Below are positions 52,070 to 64,000 of a stretch of 64,000 nt of DNA, piece by piece; position 1 is the first letter of the stretch; every line of letters starts with the position of its first letter. This DNA comes from Adineta vaga (lineage: Eukaryota; Animalia; Rotifera): assembly GCA_021613535.1 (NCBI GenBank), contig CP075497.1:7316001-7380000 (forward strand), given 5' to 3'. The position numbers were made by a program, and so were the translations under genes. The notes below the pieces were generated by a model, which had not been told where the DNA came from, ran no database searches, and saw nothing but the letters and a program-made list of their open reading frames with translations.

Positions 52070-52747
52070 ATGCGTCGTCCGGGACAATTCAAAATGGTTC
52101 TTTTAGGAGAATCAGCCGTTGGCAAATCTTCACTAGCACTTCGGTTTGCCAAAGGTCAATATCAAGAGCACGCAGAGAGCACTATTGGTGCAGCTTTTCT
52201 CACCCATACACTACAAATTGATGCAGATACCTCACTCAAGGTCGAACTATGGGACACTGCAGGACAGGAAAGGTAAATTCTATTAAAAGTATTTTTATTT
52301 TATCATTTAAAAATTTATTTTCAATATTATAGATATCATTCACTTGCTCCAATGTATTATCGAGGCGCTCAAGCAGCACTTGTCGTGTATGATATCACCA
52401 ATAATGAATCACTGCGACGAGCTAAATTGTGGGTCAAAGAACTCCGTCAAGTTAATGCCAATGATATGGTCATTGGTTTAGCCGGAAATAAAGCTGATCT
52501 GGCAACAGGAAATAAACGTCAAGTCGATACACGTGAAGTATCAGACTATGCTGATGAACAGGGCTTAATTTTCATGGAAACATCTGCAAAACGTGGCGAC
52601 AATGTCACAGAAATCTTCTTGAGCGTAGCTAGACAAGTTGCGTCCAAACAACCATCCGGCCCAACTCGACCTGACAGTGCTTTTCCAGCAGTAAAACCCA
52701 AAGGTAAAGAAGGTGGTGGTTGTTGTGGTAATGACACTAAAGCTTAA
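52070..52747 (+). CDS. RAB5: Rab5-family small GTPase
   Basis: [27 protein letters not shown]|[26 protein letters not shown]-terminal CC. One intron. Confidence 0.93.
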
Positions 52748-53071
52748 AATCAGTTCCTTTTTTTTTCATACTGTATTTCGTTTTTCTCTTGTGACAAATC
52801 ATGAAACACTTGTATTAATAAAGTTTTTGAAAGATTTAGTGTCATTTGATGAAAAATTATCTTCTCCTTTATTCCGAGATACAATAAAAAGTATGAAAGT
52901 ATTATATATATTTATATAAATATTCAATTTTTGTTTTGAACCGTACTATTTCCAGTGTACACTACATTATATAAAGTGGCGCTATTCATTTGATTAGTTT
53001 ACTAAGACGATTATTATTGTATTTTTGACTTTGATTTGAATTTATTCATTATATTAGACTTATTTCATACC

Positions 53072-53629
53072 ATGATTTTATCTTTTTCCGTTCTTGAATA
53101 TTTATTTTACACATTAACTATGTGTTATGTATCTACTACAATTAGCATATCTACATCTACTACAACAAGAACTTCAACTGAGACAACACGTAGTTCTTCC
53201 ACTGCGGCTCAAATTGTAGAGTCAACACCAGCAGATTATGAGTAAGTGATCGAAAGACGAATTCGCATCGAAAAAAATGTTCTATTTTTATTGAATAGTG
53301 ATGAATTATCAGAAAGTTCAACTGCTAAACAAAGATCTGCGAATCCATTGGACGAAATTAAATTAGTTCCTACCGTAACTAGTTTACCTTCTAGAAATTC
53401 AACATTAGTAATACGTACGGTTACATCTCGAATATCTCTTATTGTTGGCTTAGTTTTTGGCGGTCTTGTTCTTATAATTCTCATTGCATGTATAACTACG
53501 TATATTTTAATGAAAAAAGGTTATGTCAAAATGTCTGATCAACCTCGAACACGAATAAAAGATGTTGAACGAAGAAGAATCTATGATTCAACATCATCAA
53601 ATGGTGCTGCTAGTCCGTCTCAAAAATAA
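53072..53629 (+). CDS. Mucin-like single-pass membrane protein
   Basis: Hydrophobic N-terminus, T/S-rich region, intron at ~53242-53298, TM helix LIVGLVFGGLVLIILIACITTYIL, then a basic cytoplasmic tail. Confidence 0.7.
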
Positions 53630-53813
53630 ACGAATGAACATATACGAGATTGCTATTTTTTCTATTTATAACGATGACAACGAACGTTTTCTTATTAACT
53701 TTCTTAAAAATAATTTTATATCGAATAAAATATTTTTTCTTTATCGATCAATATTCCACTAGTTGACTACTTCATAGATATTTTTGTTATGAAAAATTGC
53801 ACATAAAAAGTCA

Positions 53814-54339
53814 TTAATTATTTGTATCATAGTCAGCTGCACTAGATAATGACATTGCAGGTTGATGAATAACAATCAATGGTGGTGGTGGATATCCTTT
53901 GCAAAAACATTCAAATAAAATAGTAACTTAACATAACAGAACAAAACATACCTCTAATTTTCATTTCTCGCGCTTCTTGACAAATGGCACATGTTGAACA
54001 ACAACATGTAATAAAACAATCACCACAAGCATCTTCAACTATACCATATCTTTCTCTGATTCGTCCACGTTTTACTGAATGAATTAGACAACAACAGCCA
54101 AACATACTCAACAATGTATATATACAACAATGAGTAAAACATCGAGAAGAATTTTCAATTTTAGCCACATTTTCACCGTATAAACAGCAACAACACCAAA
54201 ACCCGTAACAACATATGTGACCATCATGAAAACAGTCACATACAGCTTCTAAATCAATTCGAATGAAAGATATAACAATTTGTGGAAAAAAAAAGTGCAT
54301 TTCATTACCTTTCCATGGTTGCTGATAGTAGACGGGCAT
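53814..54339 (-). CDS. PLAC8/cornifelin family Cys-rich protein
   Basis: QQPW|..CDCFHD..ICCYGFWCCCCLYG..RGRIRERYGI..CGDCFITCCCSTCAICQEAREMK. Three exons. Confidence 0.9.
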
Positions 54340-54954
54340 CGTCGTTGAATGCGAGTAAGAAGAATGGAATAGGAAATGAATTTTCGAGCTGAATTGCTAA
54401 AATACTCATGAATAATTAAACAGCAATAAGAGCTCAGCTTTCACATATTCTAAAACGAAGGAAAAAAACAAGATATTACATGTTACTGTAGATCAAATAT
54501 CAATTAATCAGCCAAAAGAAATGTCGTTTATGTCTCATATCAGAAAATACAGAATATTTTTTGACATATCTTAATCGAAAAAGTCTCTTTCGTCTTGTCA
54601 AGATGTTTCGTATTTGACTGCATTAAACTCTCGTAGATGTTAATTATTGAGGAGGAGGAGGAGGAGGAAGAGGAAAGAATAAGCATTGAAAAACGATTCT
54701 ATTATCATTTCATGCTTCATTTAATTAAAACAGCTAATTTATTTACTTCCTCGATAAAATGTCTATTTTTAGTTCACATTTTTGAATATGATCTCTCCAT
54801 TGTTTCATCAAAATTTCTAGTTACAAAATTATTATAAATTATGAATTTCGCAATAGAAAAACAATCGTTTATTATTATCTATATATGTTCATTTCGTGTA
54901 GAAAAAAAAACGTGAAGAATTTATATTACAACAACACAATATAAACGTTTTGTT

Positions 54955-55632
54955 CTATGTTCTGATCTGATCAATTGGACGTTTTTTGATTTCATGACTT
55001 TTCACAGTATCATCTGGTGGTGCAACAAAACTAAGTACATTGAGTATAATAGCAAGAAGTAAAAGAAGATAATCAATAAAAATAAGAATATAAGCAGCTT
55101 TATACAAATTTCCGTGACAATATTCGGGTAAATTTGAGTCAAAAAATTCGACACTTAATTTTACACGAAATACAAAGACTTGTCCGGCAAAAAACCAAGC
55201 AATGATAAATAAGAGTATTATGATAAAGAATGGGATAAGAAGTTGTAAAACTAATAGATTAGAATGAGTTGATGATTGTTTACGTATTCGTGTATGAATA
55301 ATTAAACCAACAACAACGAGTAAAATTCCAAAAATACCACTAACAATCATCCAAGCAACAATAAGTTGTTGAATAGGACATTGACCGATATAGACAAATC
55401 CAATGACCAATTGTGCGATTGGAATTCCAACATAGAGAAGTAATGATACAGGAAAATAGATTGAACTAAAAAGACCGCTAGGTGGTGCTGAAGAAGGAAT
55501 TGATGAAACATTCTCAGAATATCTCGATTGTATTGGAATCGAAGATTTATATTCGTATTGTAATGGAACAAGATAATCAGTATTTTCATCAATCGGATGT
55601 TTATATGTTACTTTTTTATTATGAGATGACAT
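54955..55632 (-). CDS. Four-TM TMEM272-like protein
   Basis: IPIAQLVIG..YIGQCPIQ..I..WMIVSG..AWFFAG..YC...LY..AY pattern with four TM helices. Confidence 0.75.
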   Translation of the reverse strand: MSSHNKKVTYKHPIDENTDYLVPLQYEYKSSIPIQSRYSENVSSIPSSAPPSGLFSSIYFPVSLLLYVGIPIAQLVIGFVYIGQCPIQQLIVAWMIVSGIFGILLVVVGLIIHTRIRKQSSTHSNLLVLQLLIPFFIIILLFIIAWFFAGQVFVFRVKLSVEFFDSNLPEYCHGNLYKAAYILIFIDYLLLLLAIILNVLSFVAPPDDTVKSHEIKKRPIDQIRT

Positions 55633-57138
55633 GATAAATGTATTGATCTGAAATGAAAATCATAATTCTTTTTGATGATTATGTAATTCTATACGGAAAT
55701 ATTAATCTACAAAAGTTTCTTTTCTGAATTACTTATTTAAGCATGAAGTGTCATTCAAAATAGTAAACTACTCATTTCTTTTCTATCACTAGAGTTTCAA
55801 ACACAAATATTAACTAAGAACAGTTGCTGTCGAATAGAAAATCAGTCAACTTGTCAAAACTCGATCAAAACAATATATTATCAATTGAAAATAATCTGTC
55901 AAAGTGATTGATGATAACTATCGATGATAAGTAAGCAAAACATCTCACCTTTCTTATATCTTCTAAGTACTTTATATACAGTTATATAACTTGTCAATAT
56001 GCAACTACTTTCTTTGACCAATCGAGGAGTAATACAGCCTTGAGTATGACGTATGTTCATTTTTTCTCCTCCCTCAACATTTTTTTCTCTCCGTTCTGTT
56101 CCTACAAACTTTTTCTTACTTCAATATATGTATATGACTCTCACCTTTCATTTATTAGTGGCATAGAAAAAAAAATTGAATAATATAGTACATTGTACGT
56201 AGTAGGACGACAATGATAGATAAAAAAGTACAAAAAAGAAAAGAAAAATGCCAGAAGAGAAAGAGAAAAAAAGTAACGTGGGATACGACTTTGTAATATG
56301 TACGTGTGCAATAAAGTTCTAGTTACATGAAGAACAACTCGAAGGTCGTATACATGGGCGAGATGAATAACAAATACAGACAAACGATCGAACGAATGAA
56401 TGAACGAATGAATGAATGAACAGTGTACATACATATACATTTTAAAAAAAAGAAGGAGTTTTTCGTTTTTTTCTACCTCTTACGTCAAACCTGAGTAATC
56501 TCAAGAGAATTGACCTTTTGTAGTTGTTAGAAAAAAACCCTCAAATGGTTCAATCATGTTTTGTTTAGATTATTTCAACAAGAAGTTGTGAAAAATTAGA
56601 TTTCAAACATCTCTGAATAGTAGTTCATGCGTAATCATCTTGAAATCGTTTGACATATTGGCAACATATGGAATGTTTACTATAGAAATACATACAGATG
56701 ATTTTACAAATTCATTCAAAGAATATATTGAATAGTAAACGGAAAAAAGTATGATACAACCATACGAGATTGAATTGATGCGCCTATAATTTAGCAGACG
56801 ATTAATAATCATAGAATATGAATAGACAATATTTAACGTGATGTAAGCTTTTTCTTTTTCTTATGAAAGATACTGTTTTACAAAGAAACCATCGGTTACT
56901 TTCATATGATGAAATCAAACATAATCGTAACCTTTACACTTTATACTGAAATTACTCAAATACTAGACGATTGATAACACATACACTGAACTAATTCAGT
57001 GAGATATCGAGATAAGCTCTTCAACCACCATTGAAAATAAACAATCATTATTTTTCTTATATGTCACGTATAAAAGATGTATTCACTAGAAGTCAACCAG
57101 ATGATTTATTCTAATTTTTCTATATGTACGAAAACTGA

Positions 57139-57863
57139 TTACGTCGATTTATTTGAATTAATAAAAAACGCACAAATGACACTAATAAGTGAAAGAAATG
57201 AACCAACTAAAGCACAGATTGCCGCACCACCAACAACATCGCGTTCGAATTGAATAACCCAACTGATTCCATACAAAGAGCCGATGAGACCAAATAAGAA
57301 TGAACTAAGAAACAAGTCATCGGATCTGATCTTCTGATCAATAAAAAAAACCTTACAGGAAGGCCAAGATTAATCCAGCAATGTAGAGAAGTGATTTATA
57401 TTTCATTTTCGATATAGGTAAAAAAGCAAGACATATTCCTCCTATTCCTGAAGTAATGCAAGTCAAAACCATAAGGGTTCTAAATATAAATATTTCTTCA
57501 TATTCAATAAAATCTTCTTCTTTTCTTCTCTCATAATATTATACCGTGCTATGATCAGCTTCGTACATGGATTTCTTTCTAATGCACATCTGATTCTAAA
57601 TGTTACTGTTCTTGTACCATAGATTACACTTCGACGCCATAATCCACTGTAAACGGAACCAATATTTCGATATTCAAATGGAAATGTACTCCAACGAATA
57701 TATATATGACTGATAATGAAGAGTACACATGCAATAATTAAAAATGTACCAGCTCTAAAACAGAATCATTGAAAGTATTTCGCAGAATCGAATTGCAATG
57801 AAATATTTACAGCCAAGATCGAAATGATCTTGACGGACGTTCAAGTGAATGTATAGTCTTCAT
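57139..57863 (-). CDS. Claudin/PMP22-like tetraspan protein (4 exons; absent from the ORF track)
   Basis: Manual splicing gives MKTIHSLERPSRSFRSWL|AGTFLIIACVLFIISHIYIRW..YSGLWRR..C.....C.KLIIAR|TLMVLTCI..|..GAAICALVGSFLSLISVICAFFINSNKST*, with a W-GLW-C-C signature. Confidence 0.75.
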
Positions 57864-59590
57864 ACAATTAAATATTGAGAAAGAAACTATCGAAACAGTA
57901 ATCGATAAATAATCAACAACAAAAAAAGAATCAAATTATATCGTATTAAAAATAAGTTATTATATTTTCGTGTAACTAAGCAAATTGTATTCTCTACTTT
58001 TCCCTCATCGTTTTTCAAAACAATCGAGACAGACAAATATTATTCATCTGACAAATTATGATAATAAAATGTTTTATCTCCATCAATCGTGTAACATATA
58101 TCTTTATTTTCTAGAAAATGAATAACTGACATTTGCTTGATTCATTTATCGCACTCATTCTTGACGTGAGAAAAATGAATCAATATGACAAGGATAGATT
58201 TATATTTTTCTTTTCATGACATATTGACATGCAATATTAATTTCCTGACTAGTTAATTGTTTAATACTCTTATTGCTCGAACACATTCAAAGAAAATGTA
58301 TTCTGTTTGCATAAATCATTTTTGAACAAATATATTTAATCACAAAGTATTATTGATCTTTTACAATACATGCTGCAGTATTTTATCTGTTCAACATGCA
58401 TCACCTCTTATTGAACGAATAATATTTGCATACTATTCATTCCGTTCACTCGCAATTTACTAACAATGGCATGTATCTGGTGCATATATTCTATACCGGT
58501 AGTTATAAAATGACATCGATTTAACATATTCAATTCTTTATGCAAATTGACACATCAGTTTGATGTTACATATAAGTTCTCTTTTTCTACCGCCTACTTA
58601 TTTCAACAGTCAACATAGGTGATCGAAATCTTCCCATTCCCTTGTTTCTATTTCAGTAAATAATTAACTGCATTTCATATGACGTGCGAAAAATTCATGT
58701 TGAAAAGAAGCAAAAAAAAAGATAATGAGAAAAAAAAGTGAAGAACGCAAACAAAAAAAAAGAAAGAAAGACTAAAATACGATATATGATGATGATGATG
58801 ATGATAAATAAAAAGTTCTTTTTGATAGCAGTAAATATAGTCGATAAAACTCGTTTTATAACCAATAGATAGTCATTTTTTGTATTTTATTTAAAAAGAA
58901 AAGGGAATATTTTTTATGTGGAAATTTGAGTTCGACAAAAGTGTATTCATACGTATGTATTTTCAACAGAGTAATTATCTTTCATAATATTTGTCATTTT
59001 GTTTTCTTTCATTTGAGTTTGAACAATTAACAAAATGTCGATGATGATGATGATATATGCTTACGTCTATATCGATCATGATAAGAACTCTTGAATATGT
59101 CAAGTATTTACTTTGCTGAATAGTAGAATACAGACGAAATAATGTAATTTATGTAATCGCAAGTTTTGAGTGCTATTATCTTTAATAAGAAGAAAGTATG
59201 TTTGCTTTTTATGGAAAAAAAAGTGTTTAATGACAGAAATCTACATAGATATCGATTTGATATAATTATAATAATCAGAAAAGTCAAAAGATGTCCCTAA
59301 TAAACGTCAATTTCAATGTAAAATAAAAGATTACCTTTCAATCATACAAAGGTATCTTTAATAGTTTGAATATATACTTTGTCATTAAGCCGACAAAAAC
59401 GGCGAAGGTTTGATTTTTCACTCAACGAAGCAAAACCGAAATATTACTATAAATGATTGATATATTCTCTCTCATTCCGTCCTTGTGTAAGACAGAACCA
59501 ATGATCAACGAGCAAGCCACGTCAAGCAATGATTGCCATTGTGTGTTTCTCTGCGCATACATTTGAAAAAAAGAGTAACAACACGAAAAA

Positions 59591-60691
59591 ATGATGAAAG
59601 TTGGTGAAGTCTTTTTGCCTGATGATCAGGATTTTCGTCAATTTAAAAGCGAATGTACAACTGATCAAGGATGGACAGTCTGTTATGATAAATCGTCATG
59701 TCGTGTAGCAACAAAGAAAAATGCTTCGTCTCAATTCGATGTTATTCGTGTAAGATTATTTTATTGATTAATTAAATTAAATTAATTATCACATTCGTTT
59801 TGTTTATCTAGGTTCAATCGGAATTCACTGGTATATCAGGTGAATTACTCTATGATGTTCTTCATGATGGACAATTTCGTTCAACATGGGATACAGCTAT
59901 GTTAGAATGTTATGAAATTTGTTATGTTTTACCGAATAGTGATATAGGCTATTATTCACGTATGAAATTATTTATAGATTTTTCTGGAAAAGTTTTTATT
60001 CGAATCATTTGCGTTCTAGTTAAAAGTCCTACACCATTTAAAAATCGTGATTTTGTAACGCAACGTTGTTGGTTAGATTTTGGACATAACAGTGAGAAAT
60101 ATATTATTAATCATTCTGTTAATCATCTTGTATGTATTTTCTTAAAGAATATTTCATATCCAATTTGAATCTATCTTTAGCGTGAACCACCGCGTAAAAA
60201 TTGTGTTCGTGGAATTTCATATTTAACCGGTTATTTAATTGTACCAACAGGGCCAACATCATGTACGTTTTATTATATGACTCAATCTGATCCTGGAGGT
60301 TTGTTCGTTGTATATGAAAAGAAAAGATCATTAGTTCTATGTTTGCTTTAGGTAGTTTACCAGCTTGGCTAGTGAATAAAGTGTCAAAAGTACTCGTACC
60401 AAAAGTAAGTATAACTAATTCTATTAGAAAAACAGTGATATGTGTCTTGTTTTCTTGTAGTTAATGAAGAAATTGGCTAAAGCTTGTACAAAATATGATA
60501 AATGGAAAGCAACCAATCAACCACATCATAAACCATGGTTGAATCCCGAGCAGATGACACTTCCTCGTTACAATCCTAACGAAATCGGTACATTCGATGT
60601 TAATGAAACTTTAACAGCTTCAGCAAATACTGGTGAAGCAAATGTCGGTGAAAATGCAGTTGAAATTGATAGTTTTGTGAAAGACGATTAA
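59591..60691 (+). CDS. START domain protein (STARD10/PCTP-like)
   Basis: PDDQDF..FKSEC....GW; LYDVLHDGQFRSTWD; DIGYYS; PFKNRDFVTQRCW; INHSVNH; VRGISYLTGY; QSDPGGSLPAWLVN; HHKPWLNPEQ. Confidence 0.9.
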
Positions 60692-61198
60692 ATTTTTATT
60701 CTTCTGTGATATATTCAAGGTGACGGGATTCTTTCTCTATGCGAATTCATATTCTCAAAGGTTATTGTCACTGATATACTTATTTTTTTTCCAAAATTCA
60801 AGCTTGTTAAATTACTATGGATATGCGTAAACATCTTCGTTCTGTCTTTCTCCGTCATTTTTCTCTTTCTTTTTTCTTTATTGTCAACTACAGAATGTTG
60901 TGCGCCATAATGCCTGTACTGTGTGGGTCGTATGGAAGAGGAGTGACTAAATAAACTCGTCAGTAAAAAAAAAGCAACAAGAAGAGGACGACGACGATGC
61001 TGATGACGACGCTGATGAAACAAGAAAAAAATTTTACTATTAAATGACATTGAAATCAAGAAGGAGAGAACCGTAAGCAGTGTGGCAGCAAAAATAAGAA
61101 CGTGAAAAACTTTATGATTCACAAAAACTTAGTTTTATACTAATCTCTTCTCTTTTCAACGTTTAATAAGCGAATAAAAAAGAAATCATTTTCATTCT

Positions 61199-61771
61199 AT
61201 GTCTTGTCGAAATATTCTCCTTGGTTGTCTTATATTTGCTACACTTGTCATACCAATTGTACAATTATCCTTTGGTTTTCATTTTATTAATACACCAGAA
61301 CAATGTCCAATTCAACGTGATATTATGTTATTAATGGCGATCGGTGGCGTCTTTCAAGCGATATTTTTTGCTGCAAGTTTTGGTTTTCTTTATAAAGTTA
61401 CACCATCAAAATATAAGCAAAACAAACATCAATCAGCAGCACAACAAAGTGCCAAAGGCAACAATCGAGCATCTTCGATAATCATAGGTAAAATATTCAT
61501 GTTTTTCTATTTATCTTAATTCTTGATGGTTTTAGGTTGTATTACGGGTATCCTTGGTGCATGTGCTATCGTATTTTTTGTTGTTTTACAAGTCCAAGTA
61601 TATTCAATCTTTTCAACTGTCAAATCGGATAACGCAAGTGATCCATCGTATTGCTTTTTTACTATTTTCTCCAGTGCGTTCGGTTTGATTATTGCCACTT
61701 ATGTGGCATTTGTATTACTTTTTATAGTTGGTTTTATATTATTGTGTGGAATTTGTGCACCGAAAAAATAA
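61199..61771 (+). CDS. Four-TM TMEM272-like protein (second copy)
   Basis: IPIVQLSFG....QCPIQRDIMLLMAIGG..YC.FTIFSSAF. One intron at ~61487-61534. Confidence 0.72.
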
Positions 61772-62659
61772 TTTATTGAAATATTTCCTTTGTAAAATAA
61801 GAATTCTCTAGAAAATCATCGCGATCAGATGCAGTTTGTAATAAAAAAAGAAAACTAGGAAATCTTTCTTTTGTTTTCTTTCATTCTTAAAGATAATTCA
61901 ATTAACGATGTCATGCAAAAAACTTTCTTTGAATTCAGTTATATCAAATAGAATGTTCCTTATAATGATGATGTTATTGACAATGATTGCTAATTCAATT
62001 CACATGTAGATAAAAATTTACTATGAGAAAACGATGTTTTCACGAATAACATGATTCAATGAAAAATCATGTATTCTCTACTACCATTCATTTTTCCGAG
62101 GTGATGTCTAGTTAACATGATTTCCCAGAAGATCAACGAAAAGATTCACAATTGTACTTGTAATGAAAGAGATGACAAAAGTTGAATAGTAAAAAGATCT
62201 CTTCAACAATTCGACTGATATAAAAATATAACCGAAAATGTTTCTCCGTGAATGACTTTGAAATGAAGAAAAGTCGTGTTTATCAATAGTGACTTTCTCA
62301 TAAATTAGTAATTTCCAATAAAAATCTGACAAGGTTGAAAAAATAAATTTAAAAATGAAAGAACTTACTTTCTGACTTGTTGATATTAATCAATAGAAAT
62401 GAAAATTTTCTAACTGTTGAAATATATTTATTGATTGAAAGAACATTTAACTATTTCTATAGAATTTAACTATATCGAGCGTGTGTATTCCGATAAACGA
62501 TCGAACAGTAAACAGATGAAATAACAAAAAGAAAGAAATCAAACTATAAAATCATTGATAAAAGACTCAGATATTACTGATTTTCATTAAAAAGAAGGTT
62601 CTTATTCCGAAGATCTCAAGATAAATAGCGATATACTATCAAGTGGATTTATTTGAATA

Positions 62660-63654
62660 ATGTCAAGAAATTGTGACTATTATGGTAAGTTAATGTTTTC
62701 AGATGACAAATGATGTCTTCAATAATTTGTTTCCGAGTTGCTATGAAATCAAAGTTTTAGTAACGATGATTGTCAATTAATAATATGCTTTAATAGCAAA
62801 AGAAAAAAAAAGAAAGTAAAATAAAATATAATAGAAGAATTTTAATAGAAAGAGAAAATAAAATGCATATAAATTCTCGATAGTCAATGAAATCAATCAT
62901 TATATTTATATCGAGCGAAGAGGGTTGATATACTTATTCTTTGCAGAATCATCACCACGTACTGTTATTCCTGCGAATAAATATCATTCAGAAGAACATC
63001 AAATGGCTCGAGTGTATGTTTAGATCTATATACATATATATATATGTATCTTTACTCTATATGAATATTCTCAATTTCATTTAGAAATGTTGTTGTTATA
63101 CAACCAGGTAAAAGTGTTTGGCGTTTTGAACATTCATGGTCGCATTCACTTTATTCTTGTTGTACGGATGTTAAAGAATGTAAGTGTAGATATGAATAGA
63201 AAGAGTGAAGAGAAAATCGATTACCGTTGAAATTATTTAGGTTGTTATGCATTCTTTTGTCCATGCTGTTTCGAATGTGATATATCTAAACGTGCAGGTG
63301 AAAGTAGGTGGATATGTATGTGTCCTGGTGCAAGATTTGCACTTCGATCAAAGATTCGTACTGCATTCCGCATCGAGGTAATTTGTCTTTGTAAAGATAA
63401 TCTTAGTTGAGAAAAAAAAACATAGTTTTTCTTGCAATCATACGAAGATTAAATTCCATATAGTTAAAAGTTCTTGTCGCTGAAGTTTTGCCTCTAAATC
63501 TATCTTCTACTCTTTTATTATTTTTACCATTAATGGGATTTTCGTTGTTGTTGTTTTTTAGGGTGATTTAATTCATGATTGTTGCGCTACAACATTTTGT
63601 GGTTGTTGTGCATCCATTCAACTTAAGCGCGAACTTCATTATCAAGGTCTTTAA
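62660..63654 (+). CDS. PLAC8/cornifelin family protein (5 exons; absent from the ORF track)
   Basis: Spliced product VVIQPG..WSHSLYSCCTDVKEC|CYAFFCPCCFEC....AGE..C.CPG..ALRSKIRTAFRIE|GDLIHDCCATTFCGCCASIQLKREL. Confidence 0.88.
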
Positions 63655-64000
63655 TAAAATATTCACGTATGATTATCTTTATCTAAGTCCACTTCTATGT
63701 CTACCAAATAACAAGTCCTTATTTGATGCAAACAAATTCTGTTTTACAATACTTTTATTTTAATGTACAGAGTATATATTTATATAAAAATAAACATGCT
63801 CGATTACTTGATGTCTAGTGTTCAAAGTTGATTCAGACATGATTGTGCATCATATAATGATTGAGAACATTGTCGTTGAAAAAACAATTTCTTTAAATTA
63901 AGTTCGACAGATGATAATATGCGTTTATTAAACAATGTTTCCAAAGCTGTCCACATATAAGTTTGATAGAATTCATTTTTTGGTAGTTTGAAAGCTGTTG

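Noticed and set aside
14116-63654. Whole window as a 'defence island' (Piwi, TIL, NOX5, helical cluster, F-box, PLAC8)
   Set aside because: These genes are interspersed with core genes (RAD21, MLC, Rab5, START), and no enrichment can be shown from one window.
1-64000. Prokaryotic systems (CRISPR arrays, operons, IS elements, rRNA/tRNA)
   Set aside because: The DNA is intron-containing eukaryotic sequence. I saw no regularly spaced direct repeats, transposase or reverse transcriptase ORFs, or recognisable structural RNA genes.

Overview
AT-rich, gene-dense eukaryotic DNA with many ~45-65 nt GT-AG introns. Animal genes (Piwi, RAD21, myosin light chain, Rab5, NOX5, LBR) are mixed with bacterial- or plant/fungal-looking genes. 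This combination suggests a bdelloid rotifer (inference). About 26 genes can be assembled by manual splicing. Highlights: (1) A 9-kb cluster (38.5-47.5 kb) holds five secreted, all-helical paralogs. Two long members sit head-to-head and carry a coiled-coil hairpin tipped with a hydrophobic GCxLGxC segment; three short members lack it. The architecture suggests a multi-component alpha-pore-forming toxin/defence system (ClyA/Hbl/Nhe-like; inference). (2) A full-length, intact GARS-AIRS-GART trifunctional purine-synthesis gene has degenerate catalytic motifs in all three domains and an inserted NLS-like/acidic linker, so it is a candidate pseudoenzyme. (3) Candidate horizontally acquired genes include a PLP decarboxylase with an intron and a novel N-terminal domain, a PhyH dioxygenase and an F-box/PP2-like gene. 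(4) There is a TIL-domain pseudogene, three single-base frameshifts in otherwise intact genes (possible assembly errors), a GC-AG intron, and a mirror-image PLAC8/TMEM272 gene order. All family calls come from motif recognition; no searches were run.
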